Assembly (NCBI GenBank): GCA_030390025.1
Contig: CM059425.1
Location: 165,480,001 to 165,544,000, forward strand
Source of the DNA: Squalus acanthias
Taxonomy: Eukaryota
Length of the DNA: 64,000 nucleotides
Direction: 5' to 3'
A program made the translations under genes and the position numbers. Positions 13,813 to 25,530 of this stretch are shown piece by piece. Under the pieces are notes generated by a model, which saw nothing but the letters and a program-made list of their open reading frames with translations, did not search any database and was not told where the DNA came from. Numbering within the stretch: the stretch's first letter is position 1; the number at the start of each line of letters is the position of its first letter.

Positions 13813-14340
13813 AGGTGAGGTGCTGCCCCGGGTGAGTGGCAGTGGGTCAGTGGAGCAGGAAGCTGCTGTCCTCTCTCAGGATGACAGCATTCCTGCTCCC
13901 ATCACTGGCACTCTGCCATTGTCTTTGTTGCTGCCTGTCATCCAGCCAGCCCAGACTGCTGCCGCCCATGCTGAGGTGGTGCAGTATACAGCCGGGCCTT
14001 CCAGGTCCAGAGCTGGTCGATGGCATCCTGCAAGGCCATCTGAAGTCTCCCACACAGACACACAGCAGCCTTCCACCAGCCTGCTGCAGCCACTGGGCCA
14101 ACATGGCATAGGAGCACTAAAGTAGGCAAAGGCACAGTAACAAGAGGCACTAAGGGATTGCACAAGGGTGAATAGGCATTAATGTTGCTGTAAATATGTG
14201 TTCACTGATTATTGATAAATTTATTAATTTAGTTTGGATTATTTTGTGGTGTCTCTCATTTCAGCTTTGCGCTGTGATATGGCCTGTGGCAGGGATGGAA
14301 TGATGGGGATGTGGTGAGAAACGGTGATCTGGGGTTTAAT

Positions 14341-15498
14341 TTATTGGATCTGCAATCTGATGAGGCAGTCATGGACCGCCCCTCCAGAAGGCCGATTGAG
14401 TGGCTGCCTCCTCCTCGCTCCTGTTCCTCCTCCTGTTCCTCCTCCTCCTCGTCTTTCTCTTCCTCCTCGTGATCCTCCTCCTCTCCCTCTTCCTCCTCCT
14501 GAGGTGGTCCCGCAATCCCTGGTGGCAAGGGCTGCGCCCTCATGATGGCCAAGTTGTGGAGCATGCAGCAGACCACGACGAAATGGGGCACCCACTCAGC
14601 CGAGTACTGGAGGGCTCCTCCCGAGCGATCAAGGCAGTGGAACCATTGCTTGAGCATCCTGATGGTCTGCTCAATGATGTTCCTGGTGGCAGCATGGCTC
14701 TCATTATATGAGTGCTGGGCAGGAGTGTTGGGGTTGCGGAGGGGAGTCATGAGCCAGGTGGAGAGTGGGTAGCCCTTGTCTCTGACCAGCTAGCCGTGAG
14801 CTTGACGTGCTAGCTGGAAGAGTGCTGGCACACCAGTCTGGTGCAGGATGAAGTCATAGTGGCTGCTGCCAGTACAGCGGGCATTCACATTGAGGATTCG
14901 CTGTCTGTGGTCACACACCAACTTCACATTAAGTGAGTGGTAGTCTTTGTGGTTACGGAAGATCTCAGGATTGTTATGTGATGCCCGTAAAGCCACGTGG
15001 GTGCAGTCGATGGCGCCCTGCACCATGGGAAGGCCGCTATGCTGGCAAAGCCACATGCACGTTCGTCCTGCTTCTCTCTGGTGATGGGGAAGGAAATGTA
15101 GTCCCTTCTCCTACTGTAGAGAGCCTCTGCATCCTCCCAGATGCAGCGATGGACGGCGAACTGCGAGATGTTAGCTATATCTCCTGTTGCAGACTGGAAG
15201 GAACCGCTGGCGAAGAAATTGAGGGCGACGGTGACCTTGACTGTCACTGAGAAGCCGTGGTCGCCCTGGTCTGAGGCTCGAGTTCTGGTTGCAGGAGGTG
15301 GCAGAGTTCTGTGGCCACCTCCTGCTCCTCGCTTAATTGGAGGTAGGAGAAGTGCTCTTGGAATACCCTTGGAGGGTAAGGCCTCCTGTTGAGAGCCCTC
15401 ATGGCCCTTCTCCTCCCTCTGGCTACATGTTCCAATCTTTCTCGCTCCCTCTGCCTTAGATCCTGGAGGGTGAGGTCGACTGCCAGTACAGCCCCCAT
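14341..15498 (-). pseudogene. Harbinger DDE transposase (HARBI1-like) of element 1, frameshifted
   Basis: Fragments across ORFs: MGAVLAV.., [51 protein letters not shown] and an acidic tail. Confidence 0.9.
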
Positions 15499-16473
15499 TA
15501 ATGTAACCAAGTGTAGCCATTTGATATGTTGTGAGAATAAATGTAACTAATTGTTAGTAGTCACAACACTCCTGATACTAAAAAACATTTACATTACTGA
15601 ATGAATCGGTTTAACAATGACAAACTGACAAGGAAGCAGTGAAACACCACTAACCTGATAGCTGTGACTCATTACTGAGGATGCCTTTAAATACCACCCC
15701 TGGAGCCGGCATCCGCCTGCTTGACGCCTCCTCTCCCTGTTGCTGTCGGGCGAGGCGCTAAGGCAGGGCGCGAAAATGAATTTTGCAGATTGGGTGGCCA
15801 GTGAGCGTTGGACGCTCACTGATGTCACGATCTGCCTGGCGTCGAGGTCCTCGGCGGTAACTGTTAGTGGCGGCACTATGGGGGGGGGCGGATTTGCCAT
15901 GCATCGCTGGATTCGCCTCACCCCAGCGCTACTGCATCAATGCCCCATTAGCGCCCCCACCAGGCACTAATGGGAGGCGCAAACCAACTGAATTTATCCC
16001 CCATAGATTCCACTGGGGTTACATACTTAACTTCACAAATTTGGTTTTGGTTGTGACTAAGCGTTTCACGCCATGTATATGTAAAGTCCTTTCTTGTGTC
16101 CTCTGTAGATTTAGCCTTTATCACTAAATTGTGCTGTCTCATACCCTATTTCTCATGTGTTAAGCTGAAGATCCAGCCACCATCTAAAGGTTTTGCTCGA
16201 GGGAATCATAGCTGCTAAGGGTTCATGTCCAATTGATTGGTTTATCTGCTGACTCCACTTCACCTTGCTTTTTGGCTCATCTGGAGAGAGATGCTTTAAA
16301 TTCTAAGCACTCACTGCTGAAGGCCACATAAAAGAGATAACAACAAGCTGAGGATCTGCTGCCTTAATCCGCAAGGCTAAAACAAATACAAATTGAGTCT
16401 TTGGAGAAAGCACTCATTGATTTTAGGGAGCTTCTACTTTATCTATCTTTTGGAAATAAAACTTCCATGATAC

Positions 16474-16600
16474 AAACATAAGAACACAAGAAATAGGAGC
16501 AGGAGCTGGCCATACGTCCCCTTGAACCTGGTCCGCCATTCAATAAGATCATGGCGGATCTTCAACCTCAACTCCACTTTCCCGCCCGATCCCCATGAAC
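16474..16600 (-). mobile_element. CR1 3'-end fragment
   Basis: AACATAAGAACACAAGAAATAGGAGCAGGAG...CCGCCATTCAATAAGATCATGG, the same tail as at 10678. Confidence 0.8.
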
Positions 16601-16605
16601 ATAAT

Positions 16606-17367
16606 GGCCCAAAATTTGCATTCAACTGCGAAGAAAAGGCATTCGCCGATGGCCCCGAAGTAAACTTCCCACAAATATCTGATGATCTCTGTGGCGAGAA
16701 GTTCGGCTTTTCCGACATGCAGTTGAAATCAGCGTAGTTTAGTGGGAACAAGTTGTCTATGCAGCCAATCACAATGCAGAATTCTCACAGACCAAGAACC
16801 AGGAAGTGAGTAAGCTCCTTTGACTCTAACTTTTTAAAAATGTTATAGAGAGCAAAACAAAGATAGGAGCTTTCACATGGGGGAAAAGATAAACCTGACA
16901 TAAAGATGAACAAACTTTAAAAAAAAATTAAAGTTTCTTAAAAAATTAAATTTTTATTAAAATGGCTAAATTTGACACTCCACAAAATTAAAATTCATTT
17001 TTCAGGGCCATAACATTTGTTTAGCAGTCAATACGCTGTTAAAACTCCAGTTAAACCTAATCCAGAAGGGTCTAACTTTTAATGGGGTATTTAACAGCGA
17101 TATTACCGCGGAAGAGCCGAAGTTTTCGTCAGTTTCCCTGATTTCACAGATTATGCTGATTGGCAGCTATGGGCCAGGAGGGTGGGGTGGGTGGGGGTTA
17201 GTGCCATAGCGCAGCCAGTGTCGGAGCAGTGAATGACTGACCGCAACTTCAGGATTTCCGCGTTATGATGCGCATACACTACATCCTGAATTTGCGGTCA
17301 GTTTCAAAGGGGTAATAACAGCAAACGCTGTTCATTCGCTATTATTACCCACCGCAATTTCCAGGCC
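16606..17367. mobile_element. Harbinger-type MITE
   Basis: TIRs GGCCCAAAATTTGC / GCAATTTCCAGGCC; TSD AAT/AAT; AT-rich core. Confidence 0.8.
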
Positions 17368-19119
17368 AATAGTTAATAAAGTAAATGTGGATATTTAGGC
17401 ACAGGCATCTCTTCCAATTCATATTGTTTTTCAGCCATTTTCTTGTATGTAACGCGAAGGCCCAATTTTAATGTTCGCAATTCCTTTTCCATTGTCAAGT
17501 GTAACCTTATTTTGCAAAACCATTTTTCCTCAGAATAATGGTGTGGAGGACAAATATAGGCTGGGGATTTCTTCGGAGCTTTTCCCACTCCACTGCTGTG
17601 ACGTTGCTGGTTGTGTGGTGGAAACCCTGTTTTTCTGCCGCACTTTCAGCGAAGTTATGATGGTGAGCAGGATCAGCTCCAATAAAATTCCTGGTTTAGT
17701 AAAAGCAAAAAGCTGATTTAAGACAACTACATTTTTTATTTTAACAGACAGAAAATGAGTACATCATTCTGCCTTATTCTTAAGATGTATCTATTATACT
17801 GCGTACTTCACGCTGCAAAAGGAACAGTGTGTATATATATATATATATCCCACAGCATTGCACATGGTAAGTTGCAGAGTATGGTCACTCTCTTACCTGT
17901 CTCTGATGTCTTTGTGTTGCTGAGTCTTTCTGATTTTCCTTTTCTGTTTGTCTCTCTCTTTCTCTTCTCTGGTGTTTATCTCCCTTTAACTCTTCTTTTT
18001 GCTTCGCTCTCTACTCTTCGGCTTCTCTTTGTCTTTTTCTTTTTTCTTTTTGGCTGAAGGTGGTGGGCGATTATGCCAAGGTGTGGCAGGGAAAGGAGCC
18101 ACCAACAACTGCAGGCTGAATTGGGGTGGGAGCTGTGGGAAAAATATGGCTCTCAGCAGCTCTCTTACCATCCCATCCACCAATCGCTCATGTTTCCTTC
18201 CAACCCCCTGGTCTCATTGTGTCCCTTAATCCTTCACCTTCCCACTACCCATTCCTTTTCCTACCACCCCTCACTTCCATCACTATACTATCTCTTCATC
18301 TTTGAATTACTCACTCACCTTTGTATCATCCCCTCTGTCCTGCTCCACTGTCACTCACTTCACCCTTAACTCTCCATCCACTCACACCCCATTCCCACTC
18401 ATTCTCCCATGTGGGTGCCGAGAGGCCAGAAGCCCCCTCGCCTCAACTAGTTGACTTCCTCCCATTCCCCTCATTCCTTCTCTTTGTATCTGTTTCTCTC
18501 AAAGAAGCATCCAACTTTGGGTTTTTTGATTTTTTTTAAAAGCAATCAAATTAGAATGAGGAAAACCTGCCAGTCTGCCTTTCCCTCTTTTTGTGATTTT
18601 TCTCTCGGTCTCTTTCTCTATCTCATAGATGTTGAAAATTAGAATCTGTCTCACAGATCTATATGATTAGCATTGACCTTTTCTAACTGTCAGATAAGAT
18701 AATTAGTTGGCTTCAAAATTCAACTGATTTTTTTTGTTATATGAAGAAAGACACATTGGGATTTTCCTTTCATTTACTGCCCATTTGGGGCACAAAATTA
18801 AGTAAAATGGGGCATTAACTGTTATTGCTTGAAATCAACCACTAAAAAACTGCTGAAAATTGTCCTCTGAAAAAACTGCCATTCCCTTTCAACGGCCTAT
18901 GATAAGCTGTCCCACCACATTCAACCTGCCACTCCATTTTCCCTAATAAGTGGCAGTATGAGCCGAGAAGATCGTTTTGATTATTACAGCTGAAGGTTGA
19001 TTCTACTTTGTCTGCATATTGATTTAAGTTGTTTGGTGCCCTGGAGGGTCTGTCAGGACTTTGACTGACATCCTTAGTCAGCTCTGTAGAAAGTACACTT
19101 TTGTACTGTGGCCATAGGT

Positions 19120-19652
19120 TCTCTGCATTTAGAAAGACATGGATTAATCAAGGATAGTCAGCACGGATTTGTTAAGGGAAGGTCGTGTCTGACAAACTTG
19201 ATTGAATTTTTTGAGGAGGTAACAAGGAGGGTAGATGAGGGTAGTGCGTTTGATGTAGTGTATATGGACTTTAGCAAGGCTTTTGATAAGGTTTCACATG
19301 GCAGACTGGTCACGAAGTTAAAAGCCCATGGGATCCAGAGGGGTAAATAACCAGGGGGCACAGATTTAAAGTAATTGGTGGAAGGTTTAGAGGGGATTTG
19401 AGGGGAAATTTCTTCGCCCAGAGGGTTGTGGGGGTCTGGAACTCACTGCCTGAATGGGTAGTAGAGGCAGGAACCCTAACCACATTTAAAAAGTACTTGG
19501 ATGTGCACTTGGGATGCTCTAACCTGCAGGGCTACAGACCAAGAGCTGGGAAGTGGGATTAGGCTGGATAGCTCTTTGTTGGCCGGCACGGACACGATGG
19601 GCCGAAATGGCCTCCTTCCGTGCTGTAACTTTCTATGATTCTATGACTCTAT
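19120..19652 (+). mobile_element. CR1 fragment with internal deletion (RT N-part joined to 3' end)
   Basis: SQHGFVKGRSCLTNL..DFSKAFDKV to ~19345, then directly the ORF2 C-terminus and a (TTCTATGA)n tail. Confidence 0.85.
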
Positions 19653-20011
19653 GGGGGAAAAATTAGGTCGCGCCCCATTTGGGGCGCAAATATCGTCTGG
19701 ACGCAAATATTAGCGCCTGGCGCTAATTATCGCCACTGACTGGAAACTTCACTTTTACCGCCCCGGGAGGTGAGTGGAGCGCTAAATCAGGCGCTGCACA
19801 CCTGTCTTAAAGCGCAAAGGCCGAGCAGTGAGGCGCTAACTCAGCGCGCGAGCGCAGCGCAGCTGCTGCCAGTTAGCGAGGGAACACAGACACACTGGCG
19901 CCGGCCACTTCTTAAAGCGGGGGGGGCCAACTTGCTCCCCAGCCACATCCTGCTCATTGCAGCCTTGAATCTCGGCCTGGAGAGACCTGTGAATCCATTT
20001 TGCTGCCAAGG

Positions 20012-21774
20012 ATGGAGAGGGTGAGAGAACGAGCTCATCGCTTCACCGAGCGGGCCTTGGATGCTCTGGTTGGTGCGGTGGAGCGCAGAAGATGTATACT
20101 CTTCCCTGAGAGTGGCAGGAGGCCTTTGCCACGCGAGTTCAGAAGAGTGTGGAGGGAGGTGGCTCAGAGCGTCTCCTCCAGGAGCATGGTGCCCAGGACC
20201 CATACTCAATGCCGCAAAAAGTTCAACGACCTCACTCGGGTCATCAGGGTGAGTGGCTTTTTCTCTAAACCTCTCCATCCCTCCATCTCAACCTCACTCT
20301 ATGGCCAGAGGGTCTTAAAACCCCAATGCACAACACTCATCCAACACCTATGGCCCTTTCATGAAACACACACACACATTCCACACTTTGCATACAGTAA
20401 GGGCTATTCACCTATGGGAGGCACATCAGGCAAGACCATGGCTGTATATTTACTCAGATGCTGTCCTTTTTCTTACAGGCCAAGCTGGCGCATAATCGGA
20501 GACAGCAGCAACGGATAGGTGGAGGGCGGCCTTAGCTGCAACCCCTCAGCGATCTTGAGGAGCGCGTCCACAGGATTGTGGCAAGCCGGGTGATCGGTCC
20601 CGTCGCCACTGGAGACGCCGACCCCGTTCAGGACAGCAATGGTAAGGTCATCACCTTTTTGTCCTCTGTCCTTCTACTTGTCCCTCACAACACCAGCCTT
20701 TGACACTTTCAATCCAACTTGCTAACTCGCTGCACTTATTCCTCCCTTACTGCCACCCTGTCCTCACGCTAAAGCCACTCTTGTACCTCCCTGCTTTCAG
20801 ATGGTGATTCACCAGCTGAGGAGACGGGCCCTGAAGCTGCCACTGGGAGTGAAGCTGCAGCCGAGGAGGAAGAGGAAGCCGGAGCATCAGTGCCACCCTC
20901 TCCCGAGGAAGCCCATGCCCACACTGGGAACACGCCTTCCCTGGAGGGGAGCAGGGGGGAAGGGTCTGATGAGGGTGAAGCTCCAGGACCCAGCGGGCTG
21001 CAGCAACGCCATAGGGGTAGGGAAGAACGGGGGCCTTCTCCCCAGAGGGAGAGTATGCCAGAGACTCCTACTGCAATGGACGCAGAGGAGGAGCGGCTGA
21101 TCGCAGAAATGAACACCCAGGCGGTGGGCATGCACACTGAGCTCATGGGTGCAGTGGGAAGGGTGCCCGAATGCATTGAGTCACTGGCAAGGAGTGTGGA
21201 GCACTTCGCTGTAGCACAGGCGGATGCCACACTAACGCTTAGTGCTGCAATTCAGTCACTGGCTGCCGTGATCCCATCTCTGACTGCTCTCATGCAGACT
21301 CAGATTGAGGCCACGCGAGCACAGACTGCTGCCAACCTCGATGATTCGTTCACATGTCCCCGGGGCTGTCACCGCGCCGCAGCAGGCCAGCAATCTGTTC
21401 TCCAGCAGATTGCTCCGGATGCTGAAGTGCTGCCCCGTGGGAGTGCCAGTGTGTCGGGCGTGCAGGGAGTTGCTGTCCTCTCTCATGATGACAGCATTCC
21501 TGCTGCCAACACTGTCACTTCTCCACTGCACTTGCCACCACCTGTAGGACAGACTGCTGCCGCCCATGCAGAGTTGGTGCAGTCTGCAGCCGGGCCCTCC
21601 AGGCCCAGAACTGGTCGAGGCCGTCCTTCAGGGGCATCTGCAGTGTCAGGGTCTGACGAGCAGCAGCCTTCCACCAGCCTTGCTGCAGCCACTGAGGTCC
21701 CATTACGGAGGAGCAGTAGGGTTAGAAGGGGGGAAGTGCGCAAGGGAAGATCACCCTCGAAGGGCAAAAAGTAG
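20012..21774 (+). pseudogene. Harbinger Myb/SANT-like DNA-binding accessory gene; exons 20012-20248, 20479-20641, 20801-21774 (~457 codons, one in-frame TAG at 20533)
   Basis: MERVRERAHRFTERALDALV...WREVA...QCRKKFNDL (Myb/trihelix). Canonical GT-AG introns (phase 0 and 1) join in frame to ORF 20890-21774. Confidence 0.9.
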
Positions 21775-22086
21775 GAGGTGTGACAAAATGCTGGTCATTT
21801 TTTTATTAAAGGTCGAGGTTCATGGTCCAACTTTTGTTTAGTGTTTTGGACATTATCTCCAGGTTGTGAGAACCAGTTATGTTATTGACTGTTTTTTTGT
21901 GTTTATTTCTATGAGTTTGTCATGAGGAATTGACACACACAGAGTTTGTAAAATAAATAAGTTTCTGTATTCAAAATATACATGGTTGGTGGTTGGAATT
22001 ATTGGTGCCTTGGCCGGCTTAGGGGTTGCGTGCTGGGTTCATTGATGTTGTTAGCAATGGCAGAAGCCATTTCCACAGCAGGGGCC

Positions 22087-23316
22087 CTAGAAGCGGCTTG
22101 CTATTAGCCGTTGACGGACGGCCCTTGCAGTTTCACCATTGTGGGCCGCCCTCCCGCCTTGGTGCTGCTGATGATCATCCTCCTCGTCCTCTTCCTCCTC
22201 TTCCTCCTCCTCCTCTGGTGGTGCTCCAAGGCCTGGTGGCATTGGCTGGGTCCTGAGGATTGCCATGTTATGCAACATGCAGCACACAACTACGAAGTTG
22301 GATACTCGCTCAGGCGAGTACTGAAGGGCTCCTCCAGAATGGTCGAGACAGCGGAACCGTTGCTTCAGCACGCCGATTGTGCGCTCAATTATGTTCCTGG
22401 TAGCTTGATGGCTCTCATTGTACCACAGCTCAGCAGGGGTGTTGGGCGTACGGAGCGGTGTCATCAGCCAGGTGCTCAATGCATACCCCTTGTCCCCGAG
22501 AAGCCAACCAACTGGCTGATGCGGTGCCTCGAAAAGTTCTGCCACAGTAGTCTGGCGCAGGATAAAAGCATCGTGGCAGCTGCCAGGATAGTGGGCATTG
22601 ACAGCGAGTATCAGCTGTCTGTGGTCACAGACCAACTGAACATTCAAGGAATGGAACCCCTTTCTGTTCCGGAATTCCTCGGCATTCTCATCCGGAGCAC
22701 GCAAAGCCACATGCGTGCAGTCAATGGCGCCCTGCACCATGGGGAAGCCCGCTACCCGCGCAAAGCCCAGAGCGCGGTCACGCTGCTTGTCTGGGGTCAT
22801 GGGGAAAGAGATTAACTCTCGTCTCCTTTTAAAGAGGGCATTTGTGACCTGCCGGATGCAGCAATGCACCGCGAACTGGGAGATATTGGCGAGGTCCCCA
22901 GCAGCAGCTTGAAATGAGCCAGTAGCGTAGAAGTTGAGAGCCACTGTGACCTTCACTGCCACCGACAGAGACGTCCTGGACCTCAGTTGAGGCTGCAGAT
23001 CTGGCTGCAGCAGGTGGCAGAGCTCAGTGACCACCTCCTTGCTGAATCGCAGCCTTCGCAAACACAGCTCCTCAGACATATGAAGGTAGGAGAGCTGTTC
23101 ACGATATACCCTGGGAGGGTAAGCTCTCCTGTACATACGCCTGTTGGCCCTCCTCCGTCTGGCCATCATTGCCACTCTCTCTCTGCGTCTCTGTGTCCTC
23201 CGATTCAGCTGGAGCAGGACGACGCCCCCAATCAGTGCAGCCCCCACAGTCTCTTTGCAAGCAAAGTAATGAAGGACAGCAACTAAAGTACTAGCGAAGT
23301 TAGGATCAGTAGGCAA
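22087..23316 (-). CDS. Harbinger (HARBI1-like, DDE_Tnp_4) transposase, uninterrupted ORF; probable start position 23247 (GTG here, ATG in related MITE)
   Basis: Catalytic motifs GAIDCTH, LGDKGY and IERTIGVLKQRF; HTH region LANISQFAVHCCIRQV; acidic tail. Confidence 0.92.
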   Translation of the reverse strand: MPTDPNFASTLVAVLHYFACKETVGAALIGGVVLLQLNRRTQRRRERVAMMARRRRANRRMYRRAYPPRVYREQLSYLHMSEELCLRRLRFSKEVVTELCHLLQPDLQPQLRSRTSLSVAVKVTVALNFYATGSFQAAAGDLANISQFAVHCCIRQVTNALFKRRRELISFPMTPDKQRDRALGFARVAGFPMVQGAIDCTHVALRAPDENAEEFRNRKGFHSLNVQLVCDHRQLILAVNAHYPGSCHDAFILRQTTVAELFEAPHQPVGWLLGDKGYALSTWLMTPLRTPNTPAELWYNESHQATRNIIERTIGVLKQRFRCLDHSGGALQYSPERVSNFVVVCCMLHNMAILRTQPMPPGLGAPPEEEEEEEEEDEEDDHQQHQGGRAAHNGETARAVRQRLIASRF

Positions 23317-23440
23317 AACTACCTCACAAAGCGTTGAGTCAATGCAGAAGTCTCTCTTTCTCTCTCTCCGAATCTCTCTCTCTCTCTCAGAATGAGTGGT
23401 GCAAAAATGTCCACCACAGAAAAAGACAGGAAGAGGCCCC

Positions 23441-23450
23441 CTTTAAATAG
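23441..23450 (-). promoter_or_regulatory. TATA-like box of transposase promoter (CTATTTAAAG)
   Basis: Conserved at the same position in related MITEs (35100-35109, 48750-48759) and upstream of a GT donor near 23322. Confidence 0.5.
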
Positions 23451-23789
23451 CGCCCCCCCCCAGCCCCACAGCGATTGATAGCGTTCCAGTCTTCCGGTCG
23501 TTGGATGCGCCAGGCGGTAAGGCAGGGGGCGCCACTCAATTTCCGCTCCGGGGCGCCACAAGGGCGTTGCACCATGGAATGACGTCACAATCTGCGCGCG
23601 CAGGTGGTCGCAGCGGTAAGGTTTAGCGCCTCCGCACAATCTCTAGTTAAGTTCCCGAGCGGCGCAAACATCGCTGCGCCCGGGCGTTAGCGGCTTTGCG
23701 CCCCATTAGCGCCCTCTTAAGGCGCTAACGGGAGGCGCAACCAACTGAATTTTTACCCCTATGAAAATCATCTTGCCTTGAATTCCTTT

Positions 23790-25300
23790 GCTACTGTATG
23801 CTCCAGGCAGCATTGGGTTTCTTTTGCCACATTAGGCAGCAGTTAACATTGCATCAAGAAGGTCACTTATGCTCTATTCAGGAGGGCTGTACAATTTGTA
23901 TCCTTCCCAATGGAAGCAGACAAACAGAGATAGATCCATCCAGCTTTCATCATGTAACAATCCACCATACCAGCCCTCACAACTTGGAACCATATATCAG
24001 GATGATTGCTTGGTGATCAGGGCTTTCCCCTGCAGTCACAGCTTATGACTCCAGTAAGGCTTCTGCAGACAGATAAGGATAATAGATATAATGGGGCTCA
24101 TGTCACTACAAGAAGTATCATGACTATAAGAATTCTCAAGTCTTGTTTTAGGTGCCTGGATAAATCTAGTGACATCCTGCGGTACAGCCCAGTGAGAGTC
24201 TCAAGAATCATTGTACAATGCTTCATACTACATAACATTGTGATAAAGAAAGGCTTGCTGCTTCCAGAAGCTGAAGGCAATGATGATGAAGAGGAGGATG
24301 CACAGGAAGAAGAGGATGTAGGACTGGACAGGCAGCAGCCAGAGAAAGAAGAGCACAATGATAGCCTAATGCTTTCAATAAATTATATTTCCCCTTTAAG
24401 TAATCGTTGCTGAGTGTAAGGACATTTAAATACTTTGACAAAGTATATATAGCTGAAATTACGTGATGATCCTTGCCTAGCCTTCTGTTGTTACCTCATC
24501 TCTAACATTGCCATCTCCCATAGCTTCTCCTGTGTCTTTGTTTAAGATGTCTAAGCCCTCCTCTTCCTATGGAGTTTTGAATGATGGCTTTCTTCCTCTG
24601 GTTGCATTTTCATTTGATGGTTATGGATACGCTTATCCTTTAGAGGGGTGAAGAGAATGTTAAAGGCATGTAAGTGAAATGGACACTTTCCCCATATGAG
24701 CATGTGCATGCCACAATTATGAGAGACGAAGGTGCATTGTTCCTTTAAATTAAGTGTCCTTGAAGACTAGCAGAAGCTATATGAGTTGACAGAGTGGTTG
24801 TTAGTTCAGATGGTGCTTGAGTGTTTTGAGAGGTTGTCCTTTGCATTAATAAGTTTCCCTGATGCCCAGGTGCTGAGAAAGGAAGGAGTATGATAGTTAA
24901 GAAGGTGAGTGAAGGCAGTATAAGCAGTAGAAGATGTGCATTGCCACCAGTGGCTAGATTACCTTAACTACCCTTGTGAGGTCATTGAACATTTTTCCAG
25001 CACTATGTGGTGGTTCTTAGATGGTGGAGGTAAAACTAACTGCCTCTGAAGCCTCCATCCATACATCTTGAACCACCCTCTCATAGAACTTCCTGCCCTC
25101 GTGCCCAACGGTGTTGCCAATCTAGCCTTCAGTTCTGCCATGGATGCACCCAAGAATCTGTTGTTCCAGCTGCTGCACTGTCAGACATTTTGGCCACTGC
25201 TGTTTGCTGCTTTCCGGAACACCTATGCCCCTTTAAATTGCTGCAACTCTAAATCTCCCCCCTTCCCGGTGACAGGAAACCTATCAGGAGTGGTATTACC
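23790..25300. mobile_element. Older Harbinger relic (transposase fragment +, Myb exon remnants -)
   Basis: ORF 24006-24413 LGDQGFPL..LMTP..YNGAH..LKSCFRCLD..ILHNI plus an acidic tract. Minus strand ~24963-25142 reads ..FNDLTRVVK followed by a GT donor. Confidence 0.75.
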
Positions 25301-25339
25301 GCTCCAAACCCATCCTGCATAGCAAATGGGAGCCCACTG

Positions 25340-25530
25340 AGGTGCCCCTAGCACGGGACTCAATATCTACTCCTTCACCACTGGCGCACTGCAGCTTCAG
25401 TATGTACGATCTACAGGATGCACTGCAGCTACTCATCAAGGTTAATTCGACAGCACCTCCCTGCCCTGCGACCTCTACCACCGAAAAGGAGAAGAGCAGA
25501 AATGGCACAGGAACACCATCACCTCCACGT
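25340..25530 (+). mobile_element. Degenerate 3' fragment of LINE family B
   Basis: GATCTACAGGATGCACTGCAGC..CAGCACCTCC..GCGACCTCTACCACC, matching 39880-39960. Confidence 0.65.

Larger units (their letters stand above)
9183..14125 (+). pseudogene. Harbinger Myb/SANT-like accessory gene of element 1 (exons ~9183-9428, 9627-9768, 9925-10677 + ~13812-14125)
   Basis: MMADPHPRERAHRF..ALEALV..HTQCRKKFNDF, then a GTGAGT donor; same exon structure as the gene at 20012. In-frame stops are present and exon 3 is split by a CR1. Confidence 0.85.
7191..16002. mobile_element. PIF/Harbinger DNA transposon 1 (degenerate, expanded by nested insertions)
   Basis: TIRs GGGGGAGAAATT (7191) and AATTTATCCCCC (to 16002); flanks AAA/ATA (3-bp TSD with 1 mismatch). 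Contains a Myb-like gene (+) and a DDE transposase (-) in convergent orientation; the ends resemble those of element 19653-23759. Confidence 0.8.
19653..23759. mobile_element. PIF/Harbinger DNA transposon 2 (full length, ~4.1 kb, near-intact)
   Basis: TIRs GGGGGAAAAATT / AATTTTTACCCC; perfect TSD TAT (19650-52, 23760-62); convergent Myb-like and transposase genes. Confidence 0.95.

Noticed and set aside
17373..18183. Possible minus-strand host exons (Lys-rich ORF 17986-18183, GTAAGA donor ~17896, ORF 17373-17588)
   Set aside because: All three frames between the candidate splice sites contain stops, the Lys-richness comes from a purine-rich low-complexity tract, and no protein is recognisable. 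A non-coding exon cannot be excluded.
22087..23316. Domesticated host HARBI1 or NAIF1/MSANTD genes
   Set aside because: The ORFs lie between TIRs with TSDs and occur in several decaying copies, so they are transposon genes.
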